DNA from: a bacterium
Lineage (GTDB): Bacteria > Patescibacteriota > Minisyncoccia > Phycocordibacterales > Zambryskibacteraceae
Length of the DNA: 64,000 nucleotides
NCBI GenBank assembly: GCA_030649135.1
Contig: JAUSGI010000008.1
Span: 96,001 to 160,000 of the forward strand
Reading direction: 5' to 3'
Numbering within the stretch: the stretch's first letter is position 1; each line of letters opens with the position of its first letter. Shown here one piece after another: positions 11,020-19,057 of the stretch. The translations under genes and the position numbers were made by a program. Below the pieces are notes generated by a model. The model ran no database searches, was not told the origin of the DNA, and saw only the letters and a program-made list of their open reading frames with translations.

Positions 11020-11340
11020 TTACCCCTTCTTCTTCTTGCTACCGGCACCCATGCCAGCGGCCATCCGGCGCTGCTCCTCCGCGCGCTCGCTCCGGTGGGC
11101 GAGGTAGCGCTTGTGCGCCGCCTCACGGATGGAGGCCGAGAACTCGGTCTCCTTCCGACGCCGCTCGGACAGCATGCGCCTGGCGCACGCCAGGCGTGGC
11201 CGCCAGAAATCGGAGGTCGCGAGTTGCTTGTCGAGCTCGACCGCGGCGATATCCGCCGCAACGGTCGAAGTGGCGACCTGCACCGGCAGGGTGCAGGCCA
11301 GAAACTCTATCACTCGGCCAATGGAGCGTGTCGCATTCAT
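11020..11340 (-). CDS. hypothetical Arg/Lys-rich protein (106 aa), island gene 2, high GC
   Basis: SD tAAGGAGaacgccATG, consensus promoter upstream, ends ...AGMGAGSKKKKG. GC is about 70%. Confidence 0.6.
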   Translation of the reverse strand: MNATRSIGRVIEFLACTLPVQVATSTVAADIAAVELDKQLATSDFWRPRLACARRMLSERRRKETEFSASIREAAHKRYLAHRSERAEEQRRMAAGMGAGSKKKKG

Positions 11341-11401
11341 GGCGTTCTCCTTATCGTGCCTCCCCTTCGTCTATACTTAGGGTGAGGACTTTCTAGCTAC
11401 A

Positions 11402-11430
11402 ATGATAGCATAATACAACTTATTTGTCAA
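11402..11430 (-). promoter_or_regulatory. consensus sigma70 promoter TTGACA-N17-TATCAT for island gene 2
   Basis: Reverse complement: TTGACA aataagttgtattatgc TATCAT, about 55 nt upstream of the SD. Confidence 0.55.
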
Positions 11431-11443
11431 TGGCTTTAAATAG

Positions 11444-11480
11444 TTAAAAGTAAAAGGGCCCTCCGTGTAGGCAGGGCCCA
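11444..11480 (-). terminator. rho-independent terminator of island gene 1
   Basis: On the minus strand: GGGCCCT-gcctacacgg-AGGGCCC followed by TTTTACTTTT. Confidence 0.65.
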
Positions 11481-11498
11481 GTCGAAACGCCACCTAGT

Positions 11499-11894
11499 CT
11501 AGTAACTGGTGGGGAAAGCAGATGTCAGCGCCTCCCCCTGGTCGCTTGCCGGGTTGGGGTTGAACCAAACCCGAGAGATGGACCCATGGCCGATGTGATA
11601 CACGCCGGCCAGAGTACATGAGCCATCCCGCTGTGCGGGGTGATGTACGAACACCCCGAAACGCAGACGGGCCAGCGCGGCCGCGATGCAGAACGGCACA
11701 TCCGCGACGGCATAGACGAAGCCATCGCCATGCTCGCGGACGTAGTCCGCGAGCCCATCCGTGGTGACGAACACCGTGGGGTCCTTCACGATCTCCACGT
11801 AAACACCGTGGAGAGTTCGCATCGCCCGCCGCTGTGTGGGCGACATGTCGTAACGCGATAACCAATAAATCCTCCCGATGTAAATTCTGTTCAT
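11499..11894 (-). CDS. hypothetical protein (131 aa), island gene 1, high GC
   Basis: Start MNRIYIGRIYW... preceded by GGGGGAaccATG. No recognisable family. Has its own promoter and terminator. Confidence 0.55.
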   Translation of the reverse strand: MNRIYIGRIYWLSRYDMSPTQRRAMRTLHGVYVEIVKDPTVFVTTDGLADYVREHGDGFVYAVADVPFCIAAALARLRFGVFVHHPAQRDGSCTLAGVYHIGHGSISRVWFNPNPASDQGEALTSAFPTSY

Positions 11895-11959
11895 GGTTCC
11901 CCCACTCTGCCTCCCATTTCTCGGAGGGCTATAGGTAATACAACCTTGGTCTGCTCTCA

Positions 11960-11988
11960 CTAATAGCACAGCACAATTCTCTTGTCAA
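11960..11988 (-). promoter_or_regulatory. sigma70-like promoter TTGACA-N17-TATTAG for island gene 1
   Basis: Reverse complement: TTGACA agagaattgtgctgtgc TATTAG. Confidence 0.45.
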
Positions 11989-12002
11989 CAGCGTCCATAA
12001 AT

Positions 12003-12437
12003 CTAATACACATTTAGGAGTTTGAAAATTGGAGCAAGGAACGGGTCGAAATGAGTACCGTAGACGGTGGCGCCGAAGAGTCCGCCGGCAACCACAATAA
12101 AAAATAGTCCGATAATAGCCAAGGGAATTATGATGACTGGCAAGAGCATTTTAGACCATCTAACGTAAGCCAGAGAAATAATGCCGAAGATAGTGGCAGT
12201 GATAAGAATAAAAATTTTATACATGGTTACCAGAGGACTATCCCCCGCCAAATTAGCGCTCATGTAAGCGGTGACAACCGTAGCAATAGCGCCCAGCTCA
12301 CCGACTACGAGCAAAGTTCCTTTGATAGGGAGCCAGTGCGGAGAGTCCAATAATTTTTTGAAACGCATTAGTTCAAAAACAGTATAAGTTGTCAAAAATG
12401 CTATGGGGTAGTGTATCACCAGTGGATGAATGTCCAT
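12003..12437 (-). CDS. polytopic membrane protein (hypothetical)
   Basis: 144 aa with 4 TM segments, directly downstream of pyrG on the same strand (pyrG 12439-14088 lies upstream of it). Confidence 0.5.
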   Translation of the reverse strand: MDIHPLVIHYPIAFLTTYTVFELMRFKKLLDSPHWLPIKGTLLVVGELGAIATVVTAYMSANLAGDSPLVTMYKIFILITATIFGIISLAYVRWSKMLLPVIIIPLAIIGLFFIVVAGGLFGATVYGTHFDPFLAPIFKLLNVY

Positions 12438-12438
12438 T

Positions 12439-14088
12439 TTATTTCTTATTTTTTATTATAGCTTTTATAAAAGCCGTGAAAAGAGGGTGGGGGGAAAGAG
12501 GTCGCGCTTTGAACTCCGGATGAAATTGCGTTGAGAGATAAAATGGGTGAGCATTTTTAGACAATTCAGCTATTTCGCAAAGTCTCCCGTCTGGAGACAT
12601 GCCGGAGAAAATCATGCCTGCCTTATTAAGTCTTTCAATATAAGCAGGATTAACTTCAAAACGATGCCTGTGTCTCTCGGAAATTTTATTTGTCGCGTAG
12701 GCCTTGTGGGCAAGAGTCTTTGGTTTAAGAACCGCCGGCCAAGCACCCAGGCGCATGGTGCCGCCAAGTTTACCGTCTTTAATTTTATCTTTCTGCTCTT
12801 CCATGACATCTATCACCGGGTATTTGGTTTCTTTATCTACTTCCGTAGTGTGTGCACCCTTGAGACCGGCCACATGCCGTGCGTACTCCACTACCGCCAG
12901 TTGCATACCGTAACAAAGCCCGAGATACGGAATCTTCTTTTCCCTCACAAACTTAATTGCGCTGATAATGCCCTCCACGCCGTTGGAACCAAAACCACCC
13001 GGCACTATCACTCCATCGTAATTTTTAAGTTCACTTACTTTGCGTTTACCCGTCTCGTATTCTTTGGCATTTATCCAGACTAGTTTAGGCTTCACGCTTT
13101 GCCAATAGGCAGAGAATTTGACAGCTTCTATAACCGACACGTAGGCATCGGAGAGCACAAAGTCTCCGGTGTCGAAATATTTACCTACTACCGCAACCCT
13201 CACTTCCCTCTTGGCGGACTTGGTTTTAGAAACAAATTTTTTCCAGGCGACTAAATCCTTTTTGCGTGGTTTGAGACCGAAGTGGCCGAGAATCCTTTGA
13301 CTTAACCCGTCCCGTTCAAAATTTATCGGCACATCATAAATACTTTCGATATCCGGCGCTGCAATGATATCCTCACTCGACACGCCCGTGGCCAGAGCGA
13401 TTTTCTCCTTCCGCTTCTGGTCAATCGACACCTCGCTTCTTGCGATAATCATGTCCGGTTGGATACCGTAGGAATTGAGTTGGCGGATAGCATTTTGGGT
13501 AAGTTTGGTTTTCATCTCGCCGAGCTTGCCCGGCACAGGAAGATAAGAGACCATCACGAACATAACGTTTCTTGGTTCTCGAATTTTCATTAGGCGGGCT
13601 GCTTCGAGAAAAATGGCATTCTGATATTCGCCGACCGTACCGCCGATTTCGAGTACGGTAATATCCGCATTAGTTTTAGAAACTGAATGATGAATACGAT
13701 TGAATATCTCTTCCGTTACGTGATAGACCGGTTCCACACACTTGCCGTTGTATCCAAGAGCGCGCTCTTTATCTATAACATGTTTAAGAATCATGCCATT
13801 GGTCAGATAATTTTCCGAAGGCATATCGGCATTGAGGAAACGTTCGTAATTGCCCATATCCTGGTCAGTCTCAAGACCGGAATCCAGCACAAAGACTTCT
13901 CCATGTTCGACCGGATTCATGGTGCCGGCATCGACATTTAAATAAGGGTCAGCCTTGATCAGACTGACCGAGAAACCTTTTGACTGGAGAATGGCGCCAA
14001 TAGAGGAGGTGGCGATACCTTTGCCGACTCCCGACATTACTCCGCCCACGACAAAGATATATTTATACCGACCTTCCTTTTTTCTCAT
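12439..14088 (-). CDS. pyrG: CTP synthase
   Basis: KYIFVVGGVMSGVGKGIA N-terminus plus a GATase domain with GLCYGMQ. Confidence 0.97.
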   Translation of the reverse strand: MRKKEGRYKYIFVVGGVMSGVGKGIATSSIGAILQSKGFSVSLIKADPYLNVDAGTMNPVEHGEVFVLDSGLETDQDMGNYERFLNADMPSENYLTNGMILKHVIDKERALGYNGKCVEPVYHVTEEIFNRIHHSVSKTNADITVLEIGGTVGEYQNAIFLEAARLMKIREPRNVMFVMVSYLPVPGKLGEMKTKLTQNAIRQLNSYGIQPDMIIARSEVSIDQKRKEKIALATGVSSEDIIAAPDIESIYDVPINFERDGLSQRILGHFGLKPRKKDLVAWKKFVSKTKSAKREVRVAVVGKYFDTGDFVLSDAYVSVIEAVKFSAYWQSVKPKLVWINAKEYETGKRKVSELKNYDGVIVPGGFGSNGVEGIISAIKFVREKKIPYLGLCYGMQLAVVEYARHVAGLKGAHTTEVDKETKYPVIDVMEEQKDKIKDGKLGGTMRLGAWPAVLKPKTLAHKAYATNKISERHRHRFEVNPAYIERLNKAGMIFSGMSPDGRLCEIAELSKNAHPFYLSTQFHPEFKARPLSPHPLFTAFIKAIIKNKK

Positions 14089-14114
14089 TCAGATGATTCT
14101 ATCACACTCAATAT

Positions 14115-14321
14115 CTAAGACATTTTGGGGATAATAAAGATGGCCAAAATGTATGCGACAAGTCCCGGTACCACCCCGCTGAATATAACTACGAGGAGCC
14201 AAACTAGGCGTAATGGCACTGGGTCAATGCCGAAGTACTCCCCCAGTCCTCCACAGATACCGGCAAAAACCTTGTTGGTATTACTGCGATATAATTTCTT
14301 GGTTTCCATATTGGTTTCCAT
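14115..14321 (-). CDS. PspC-domain membrane protein
   Basis: KKLYRSNTNKVFAGICGGLGEYFGIDPVPLRLVWLL then one TM. The start is set at METNMETKK, because the upstream part of the ORF reads through tRNA-like sequence. Confidence 0.7.
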   Translation of the reverse strand: METNMETKKLYRSNTNKVFAGICGGLGEYFGIDPVPLRLVWLLVVIFSGVVPGLVAYILAIFIIPKMS

Positions 14322-14360
14322 ATTGGAATTATAACAGATTTCAGGTATCGTATGAACTAT

Positions 14361-14381
14361 TGCGGGATCGTCTAATGGTAG
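14361..14381 (+). pseudogene. 21-nt fragment identical to the 5' end (acceptor + D-arm) of tRNA-Gln(TTG)
   Basis: TGCGGGATCGTCTAATGGTAG equals nt 1-21 of the intact tRNA-Gln(TTG) at 25213-25286. Confidence 0.7.
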
Positions 14382-14408
14382 CCTGCCCGCCATCGCTGGG
14401 AGTTGAGC

Positions 14409-14479
14409 TGGGAGATCGTCTAATGGTAGGACACCTCCCTCTGAAGGAGGTTATCTTGGTTCGAGTCCAAGTCTCCCAG
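14409..14479 (+). tRNA. tRNA-Gln(CTG), no encoded CCA
   Basis: Acceptor TGGGAGA/TCTCCCA (U1-A72 as in bacterial tRNA-Gln), anticodon stem CCTCC/GGAGG, loop CTCTGAA, T-loop TTCGAGT, discriminator G. Confidence 0.82.
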
Positions 14480-14483
14480 CTCA

Positions 14484-14575
14484 GGCCCTAGCAGGCGGGG
14501 ACATCGCCATCCCTGCCCCGCCGTGGCGGGGTGAAAAGGCGAGCATCTTGCTTGTCCCGGCCAGCCGGGCGGGAG
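14484..14575 (+). repeat. GC-rich palindromic spacer containing internal tRNA-Gln(TTG) fragments (GGACATCGCC, AAGGCGAG, CATCTTG) and hairpins CCCCGCCGTGGCGGGG and CCCGGCCAGCCGGG
   Basis: Direct comparison with the intact tRNA-Gln(TTG); see findings. Confidence 0.5.
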
Positions 14576-14597
14576 TCGAGTCCAAGTCCCGCAGCCA
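14576..14597 (+). pseudogene. 22-nt fragment matching the T-loop through the 3' end of tRNA-Gln(TTG), including CCA
   Basis: TCGAGTCCAAGTCCCGCAGCCA versus TCGAATCCAAGTCCCGCAGCCA in the intact gene. Its acceptor half is complementary to the fragment at 14361. Confidence 0.7.
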
Positions 14598-14645
14598 GGT
14601 TTGCTATAACTAAGCGCATGAACAAATGTGCTACAATAAGAACAT

Positions 14646-15536
14646 ATGAACAAAATAATCATTGCGCTGGCTGTAATCATGATTGCTGGTTTGGGTGTTT
14701 ACTTTATAAACAAGAGTCCTACAAAGGTAGTAAATCCTCCCGAAAGCCAGAATACTACTGCTACCACTACGCCCATAGCGAAAGAAGAAAATCCAAGCGA
14801 ATCGATTATCGGTAAATCGGTCGAGAATCGCGACATCATCGCCTACCACTACGGCACCGGTGAGACGGAACTATTGTTTATTGGCGGGATACATGGCGGA
14901 TATTCGTGGAATACGGCACTGGTCGCATTTGAGTTGATGGACTATCTCAAGGCAAGCCCCAATATCATTCCCAAGAATATAAAAGTGACGGTCATTCCGG
15001 TACTGAACCCGGACGGTTTGAATAAAGTTGTCGGCACTGCTGGTCGCTTTACCCCATCGGATGTGCCGTCGCCAATATCCGCCACGGTGGCTGGTCGCTT
15101 TAACGCCAATACCGTTGACCTTAATCGTAACTTCGACTGTGACTGGAAAGCTTCAGGCACATGGCAAAGCAAAACCGTCAGCGGCGGAAGCAGGGCTTTC
15201 TCCGAACCCGAAACCCGGGCAATCAAAAGCTACGTAGAATTAAACAAACCAGACGCAGTCGTGACCTGGTATAGTGCCGCAGGGGGTGTCTATGCCTCCG
15301 AGTGCGGTAAGGGCATTTCCGCCGAAACCCGGGCTATCACAAAAGAATTTGCCGATACCTCCGGCTATCCTGCTTTTGATGATTTCGACTTCTATGAGGT
15401 AACGGGCGACATGGTCAATTGGTTTGCCAAGAATAATATCCCAGCCATCAGCGTGCTTCTCACGAACCACACAGACACCGAATGGACAAAAAATCAGAAA
15501 GGCATCCAGGCTCTCCTCAAGTATTACGTCAAATAA
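14646..15536 (+). CDS. M14-family zinc carboxypeptidase-like protein (membrane-anchored), paralogue 1
   Basis: TM anchor, then GGIHGGYSWNTALVAFELMDYL and NRNFDCDWK motifs. Confidence 0.72.
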   Translation: MNKIIIALAVIMIAGLGVYFINKSPTKVVNPPESQNTTATTTPIAKEENPSESIIGKSVENRDIIAYHYGTGETELLFIGGIHGGYSWNTALVAFELMDYLKASPNIIPKNIKVTVIPVLNPDGLNKVVGTAGRFTPSDVPSPISATVAGRFNANTVDLNRNFDCDWKASGTWQSKTVSGGSRAFSEPETRAIKSYVELNKPDAVVTWYSAAGGVYASECGKGISAETRAITKEFADTSGYPAFDDFDFYEVTGDMVNWFAKNNIPAISVLLTNHTDTEWTKNQKGIQALLKYYVK

Positions 15537-16405
15537 TGCCCAGGAAGGTTATTGTTCCGGTTGTCATTGTCATCTTGGGTATTGGTGCGTTTGTGCTGTT
15601 TAATTTTTACGGAAAATCTAGAGAAGCGCCATCGATAGTAGACTTAGAGCCCAAGTGGCCCCAATTCGAAGTCATCGGCCAATCCGTCGAGGGGCGCAAA
15701 ATTGAAAGTTATACATATGGAGACGGAGATAAATATGTGCTGTTCGTGGGTGGCATCCACGGGGGTTACGAGTGGAACAGTGTACTCCTCGCTTATCAAT
15801 TCATCGACTACTTGGCGGCCAATCCTACTACCGTACCCCCCAATTTAACTATCGCAGTAATACCTTCGGCTAATCCTGACGGAGTCTATAGAGTGGTAAG
15901 CAAAGAAGGTCGTTTTACCAGCACCGATGTTTCTACCGACAAAGAAACCCTGGCCTCGGGACGTTTTAATGCGCACAAGGTAGACCTTAATCGCAACTTT
16001 GACTGCAATTGGAAACCGACAAGCCTGTGGCGAGAGAAGACCGTGAGTGCCGGCTCCGAGCCATTCTCCGAGCCGGAAGCAATGGCACTGCGAACATTTG
16101 TTTTAGAAAACAAACCGGATGCCGTTATCTTTTGGCATAGTCAATCCAACGCTGTGTACGCATCAGAGTGCCAGTCAGGTATTCTTCCGGAAACACTTGA
16201 TATCATGAACGCCTACTCGCGTGCGTCAGGATACCAGGCGGTCAAGTCATTTGACAGTTACGATGTCACAGGCGACTCTGAAGGGTGGCTCGCTTCTATC
16301 GGTATCCCGTCCATTACGGTCGAGCTTAAAGACCACGAGAACATAGAGTGGGAGAAGAACCTAGCCGGTATCAAAGCTATACTCGGATACTATTTGACAA
16401 AATAA
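15536..16405 (+). CDS. M14-family zinc carboxypeptidase-like protein, paralogue 2 (tandem duplicate)
   Basis: GGIHGGYEWNSVLLAYQFIDYL and NRNFDCNWK. The start codon overlaps the upstream stop (TAATG). Confidence 0.72.
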   Translation: MPRKVIVPVVIVILGIGAFVLFNFYGKSREAPSIVDLEPKWPQFEVIGQSVEGRKIESYTYGDGDKYVLFVGGIHGGYEWNSVLLAYQFIDYLAANPTTVPPNLTIAVIPSANPDGVYRVVSKEGRFTSTDVSTDKETLASGRFNAHKVDLNRNFDCNWKPTSLWREKTVSAGSEPFSEPEAMALRTFVLENKPDAVIFWHSQSNAVYASECQSGILPETLDIMNAYSRASGYQAVKSFDSYDVTGDSEGWLASIGIPSITVELKDHENIEWEKNLAGIKAILGYYLTK

Positions 16406-16453
16406 GCGAGGTGCGATATACTAGAGCGGTAAATCAGTACTCACAGGTTTCGT

Positions 16454-17686
16454 TTGGAGATTATCTCTATTACGCAGACGCAAGTCTATAAACCTCACGA
16501 GCGAGGTTTATCTTATATGCAAAATGGAAATCGCGGCTTTAGGCCGCAAAATAGAGGACGTATAGGCAAGTGGCCCCAGAAGGCCTTTTCTGACGTGTCG
16601 AAGTTTATAAATAAGGATATTATCAACCTTGAGACGGAGCACTTCGCGCCGGAACATTCTTTCGCCGATTTCAAATTCCAAGAAATATTGAATCAAAATA
16701 TCAAAGCGAAGGGCTACATCACTCTTACGCCTATTCAGGATAAGGCCATCCCCTATGTTATGGCCGGCAAAGATATTGTCGGTATCGCCAATACCGGTAC
16801 CGGTAAGACGGCCGCTTTCCTTATCCCACTTATCAATAAAATTATTCTCGACTCCCGAGAGAAGGTCCTGATTGTGGTACCCACCCGTGAGCTGGCGCAC
16901 CAGATAGACGAGGAGCTACGAGTTTTTGCCAAAAACTCAAACCTTTTTTCCGTGCTCTGTATTGGCGGTGTCGGTATGGGTAAACAGATTAGAGAACTCT
17001 ATCAGAGACACCATTTTGTCATCGGCACACCCGGGCGTTTGAAAGACCTCATGGAACAGAAAGTACTTGACCTCTCCGGATTCAAGACTATCGTCCTTGA
17101 TGAGGCTGACAGAATGCTCGATATGGGCTTTATTCGTGATATGCGTTTTATGATGTCAAAAATGCCCAAAGAGAGGCACACGCTCTTCTTCTCCGCCACT
17201 TTATCGCCGGAGATTGAGAAACTTATTCATGAATTCCTACGCGAACCGGTGCGTATCTCGGTGAAAACTCAAGATACTCCCAAGAATGTACACCAAGATG
17301 TGGTGAGAATTCCGAAAGATAAAACCAAACTGGATATCCTTCACAATCTTCTTACGCAAGTGGAGTTTAGTAAGGTGCTCATCTTCGGCCGTACTAAACA
17401 CGGAGTAGAGAAGCTTGCCCATGAGTTAGGAAAGCGAGGTTTCAAAGCCGAATCTATCCACGGCAACAAGAGTCAACCACAAAGACAGCGAGCGCTGGAG
17501 CTCTTCAAGCACGACCACGCCCAAGTGCTTACCGCGACCGATGTGGCCGCACGTGGTCTCGACATTTCCGATGTGACACATGTCATCAACTTTGATTTGC
17601 CGGCTACCTATGACGACTACGTCCATCGTATCGGCCGTACCGGCCGCGGTAGTAAGTCAGGCAAGGCCCTCACATTTATCGAGTAA
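16454..17686 (+). CDS. DEAD-box ATP-dependent RNA helicase
   Basis: Q-motif, ANTGTGKT, DEAD, SAT and HRIGRTGR motifs. The precise start is uncertain (possibly the Met at about 16517). Confidence 0.9.
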   Translation: MEIISITQTQVYKPHERGLSYMQNGNRGFRPQNRGRIGKWPQKAFSDVSKFINKDIINLETEHFAPEHSFADFKFQEILNQNIKAKGYITLTPIQDKAIPYVMAGKDIVGIANTGTGKTAAFLIPLINKIILDSREKVLIVVPTRELAHQIDEELRVFAKNSNLFSVLCIGGVGMGKQIRELYQRHHFVIGTPGRLKDLMEQKVLDLSGFKTIVLDEADRMLDMGFIRDMRFMMSKMPKERHTLFFSATLSPEIEKLIHEFLREPVRISVKTQDTPKNVHQDVVRIPKDKTKLDILHNLLTQVEFSKVLIFGRTKHGVEKLAHELGKRGFKAESIHGNKSQPQRQRALELFKHDHAQVLTATDVAARGLDISDVTHVINFDLPATYDDYVHRIGRTGRGSKSGKALTFIE

Positions 17687-17687
17687 A

Positions 17688-18104
17688 CTAACGTACAGTC
17701 AGAGTACCAACCATACCCATAGCGCGATGATTGCCGATTGAGCAGTAGTATTGGAAAGAGCCAGTCTTATCGGCGACAAAGGTAATCGTTTGTTCTTCTC
17801 CGACTTTAAGGGTACGGGTGGCGACACCAAATTCGTCTATCTTTAAGTCGTGAGTGCCGTTCACGTTCTTAACGGTAATTTTAACAGTATCTCCTTTATT
17901 GACCACCAAGGTCGTAGGAGTAAATGAGAAAGGAACCGCCTCGATATTAAATTCCTTAACTCCGATTAAGTTAGTTTGTACCTCCTCTTCCAGCACTTTT
18001 TCTTCCACTACTGCCGTTGGCGCAATACTTTTACTTTTGAAAAGTAGGAAACCGCCAACAATCAGGACAACAACAATGACAACTGAAATTATTTTATTAT
18101 TCAT
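17688..18104 (-). CDS. cupredoxin-like (type-1 blue copper) protein with N-terminal TM anchor
   Basis: His (NGTHDL) and Cys-x2-His-x-Met ligand set in YYCSIGNHRAMGM at the C-terminus; single TM at the N-terminus. Confidence 0.6.
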   Translation of the reverse strand: MNNKIISVVIVVVLIVGGFLLFKSKSIAPTAVVEEKVLEEEVQTNLIGVKEFNIEAVPFSFTPTTLVVNKGDTVKITVKNVNGTHDLKIDEFGVATRTLKVGEEQTITFVADKTGSFQYYCSIGNHRAMGMVGTLTVR

Positions 18105-18115
18105 GATACTTTAAA

Positions 18116-19057
18116 TTATACCTTCAAGTACTTTCTAATGGCAAGAGCGCTCGAGAGCGCGCCGATAGACACTCCGGAAACCATAATGATGGAAGCAATC
18201 TCCAGGAAGTGGCGAAAATAATAAGAGAAGATATTGAAGCCTACAAAGAAACTTTCGGTAGTACTGCCAAGCCAGTAAGTAAGGGGTAAAAGGATTAGCA
18301 GAGTCAAGAGGCCTGCCACCACTCCGTAAATAATGCCAACCACCACGAACGGTCCCCTGATGTAGGTGGTCGAGGCACCCACCAAGCGCATGACACTTAT
18401 CTCATCCCGAGCGAGGTAGATGGTCAGACGAATGGTATTGAAGGCAATCAGCACGGAAATAATGGCCAGAAAGAGCGTCAAGGCGAAACCGAGCCGGTCA
18501 GCGGAGGAAATAATTTGTGTCAGTTTGTCTATGGCCACTTTGTTCTGAAAGTAATTAACTCGGTCAATAATAGGCACACCGCCGGAGGCAAGCGCGCTCC
18601 CACTCTCCAGAAACTCGGCTACGGAAGCGTACTGGGCTGGGTCCCTGGCTCTGACATTAAGAACCGCCCCCAGCGGATTTTCACCCAGCTCATTAAGAGC
18701 GGAAAGAATGGGCTGGTCACTTGCGTGTCTCTCTTTGAAGGCAGTGAGCGCCTCCTCGCGCGAAACATAAGTGACCAAAAAGACTTCGGAGAGAGATTCA
18801 ATGGTATGTTTAATATTTAAAATATCCTCTTCTTTGGCCGAAGTGACAAAAGTGACGTTAATATCAATCTTATTTTTCAATTCGGCCAGAGTAGTATCGA
18901 GAATGGCGCTGGAGAAAGAAATGAGACCAATAACCAAAAGTGTAACCATCATCACCAAAACGGAGGCGAGAGTAACCGTGCCGTCTCTCCAGAAGTTGAA
19001 AAATCCGGTGCGTAGGATTCTCTTTAATTTTGTCCAAAACATTTGCTTTTTCGTCAT
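18116..19057 (-). CDS. ftsX: cell-division ABC transporter permease FtsX
   Basis: FtsX N-terminal FWTKLKRILRTGFFNFWRDG plus 4 TM. Overlaps ftsE by 4 nt. Confidence 0.85.
   Translation of the reverse strand: MTKKQMFWTKLKRILRTGFFNFWRDGTVTLASVLVMMVTLLVIGLISFSSAILDTTLAELKNKIDINVTFVTSAKEEDILNIKHTIESLSEVFLVTYVSREEALTAFKERHASDQPILSALNELGENPLGAVLNVRARDPAQYASVAEFLESGSALASGGVPIIDRVNYFQNKVAIDKLTQIISSADRLGFALTLFLAIISVLIAFNTIRLTIYLARDEISVMRLVGASTTYIRGPFVVVGIIYGVVAGLLTLLILLPLTYWLGSTTESFFVGFNIFSYYFRHFLEIASIIMVSGVSIGALSSALAIRKYLKV

Noticed and set aside
10983-11396. 137-aa Arg/Pro-rich plus-strand ORF, and other plus-strand ORFs in the island
   Set aside because: High-GC DNA yields long spurious ORFs. The minus-strand ORFs carry the SD, promoter and terminator signals.
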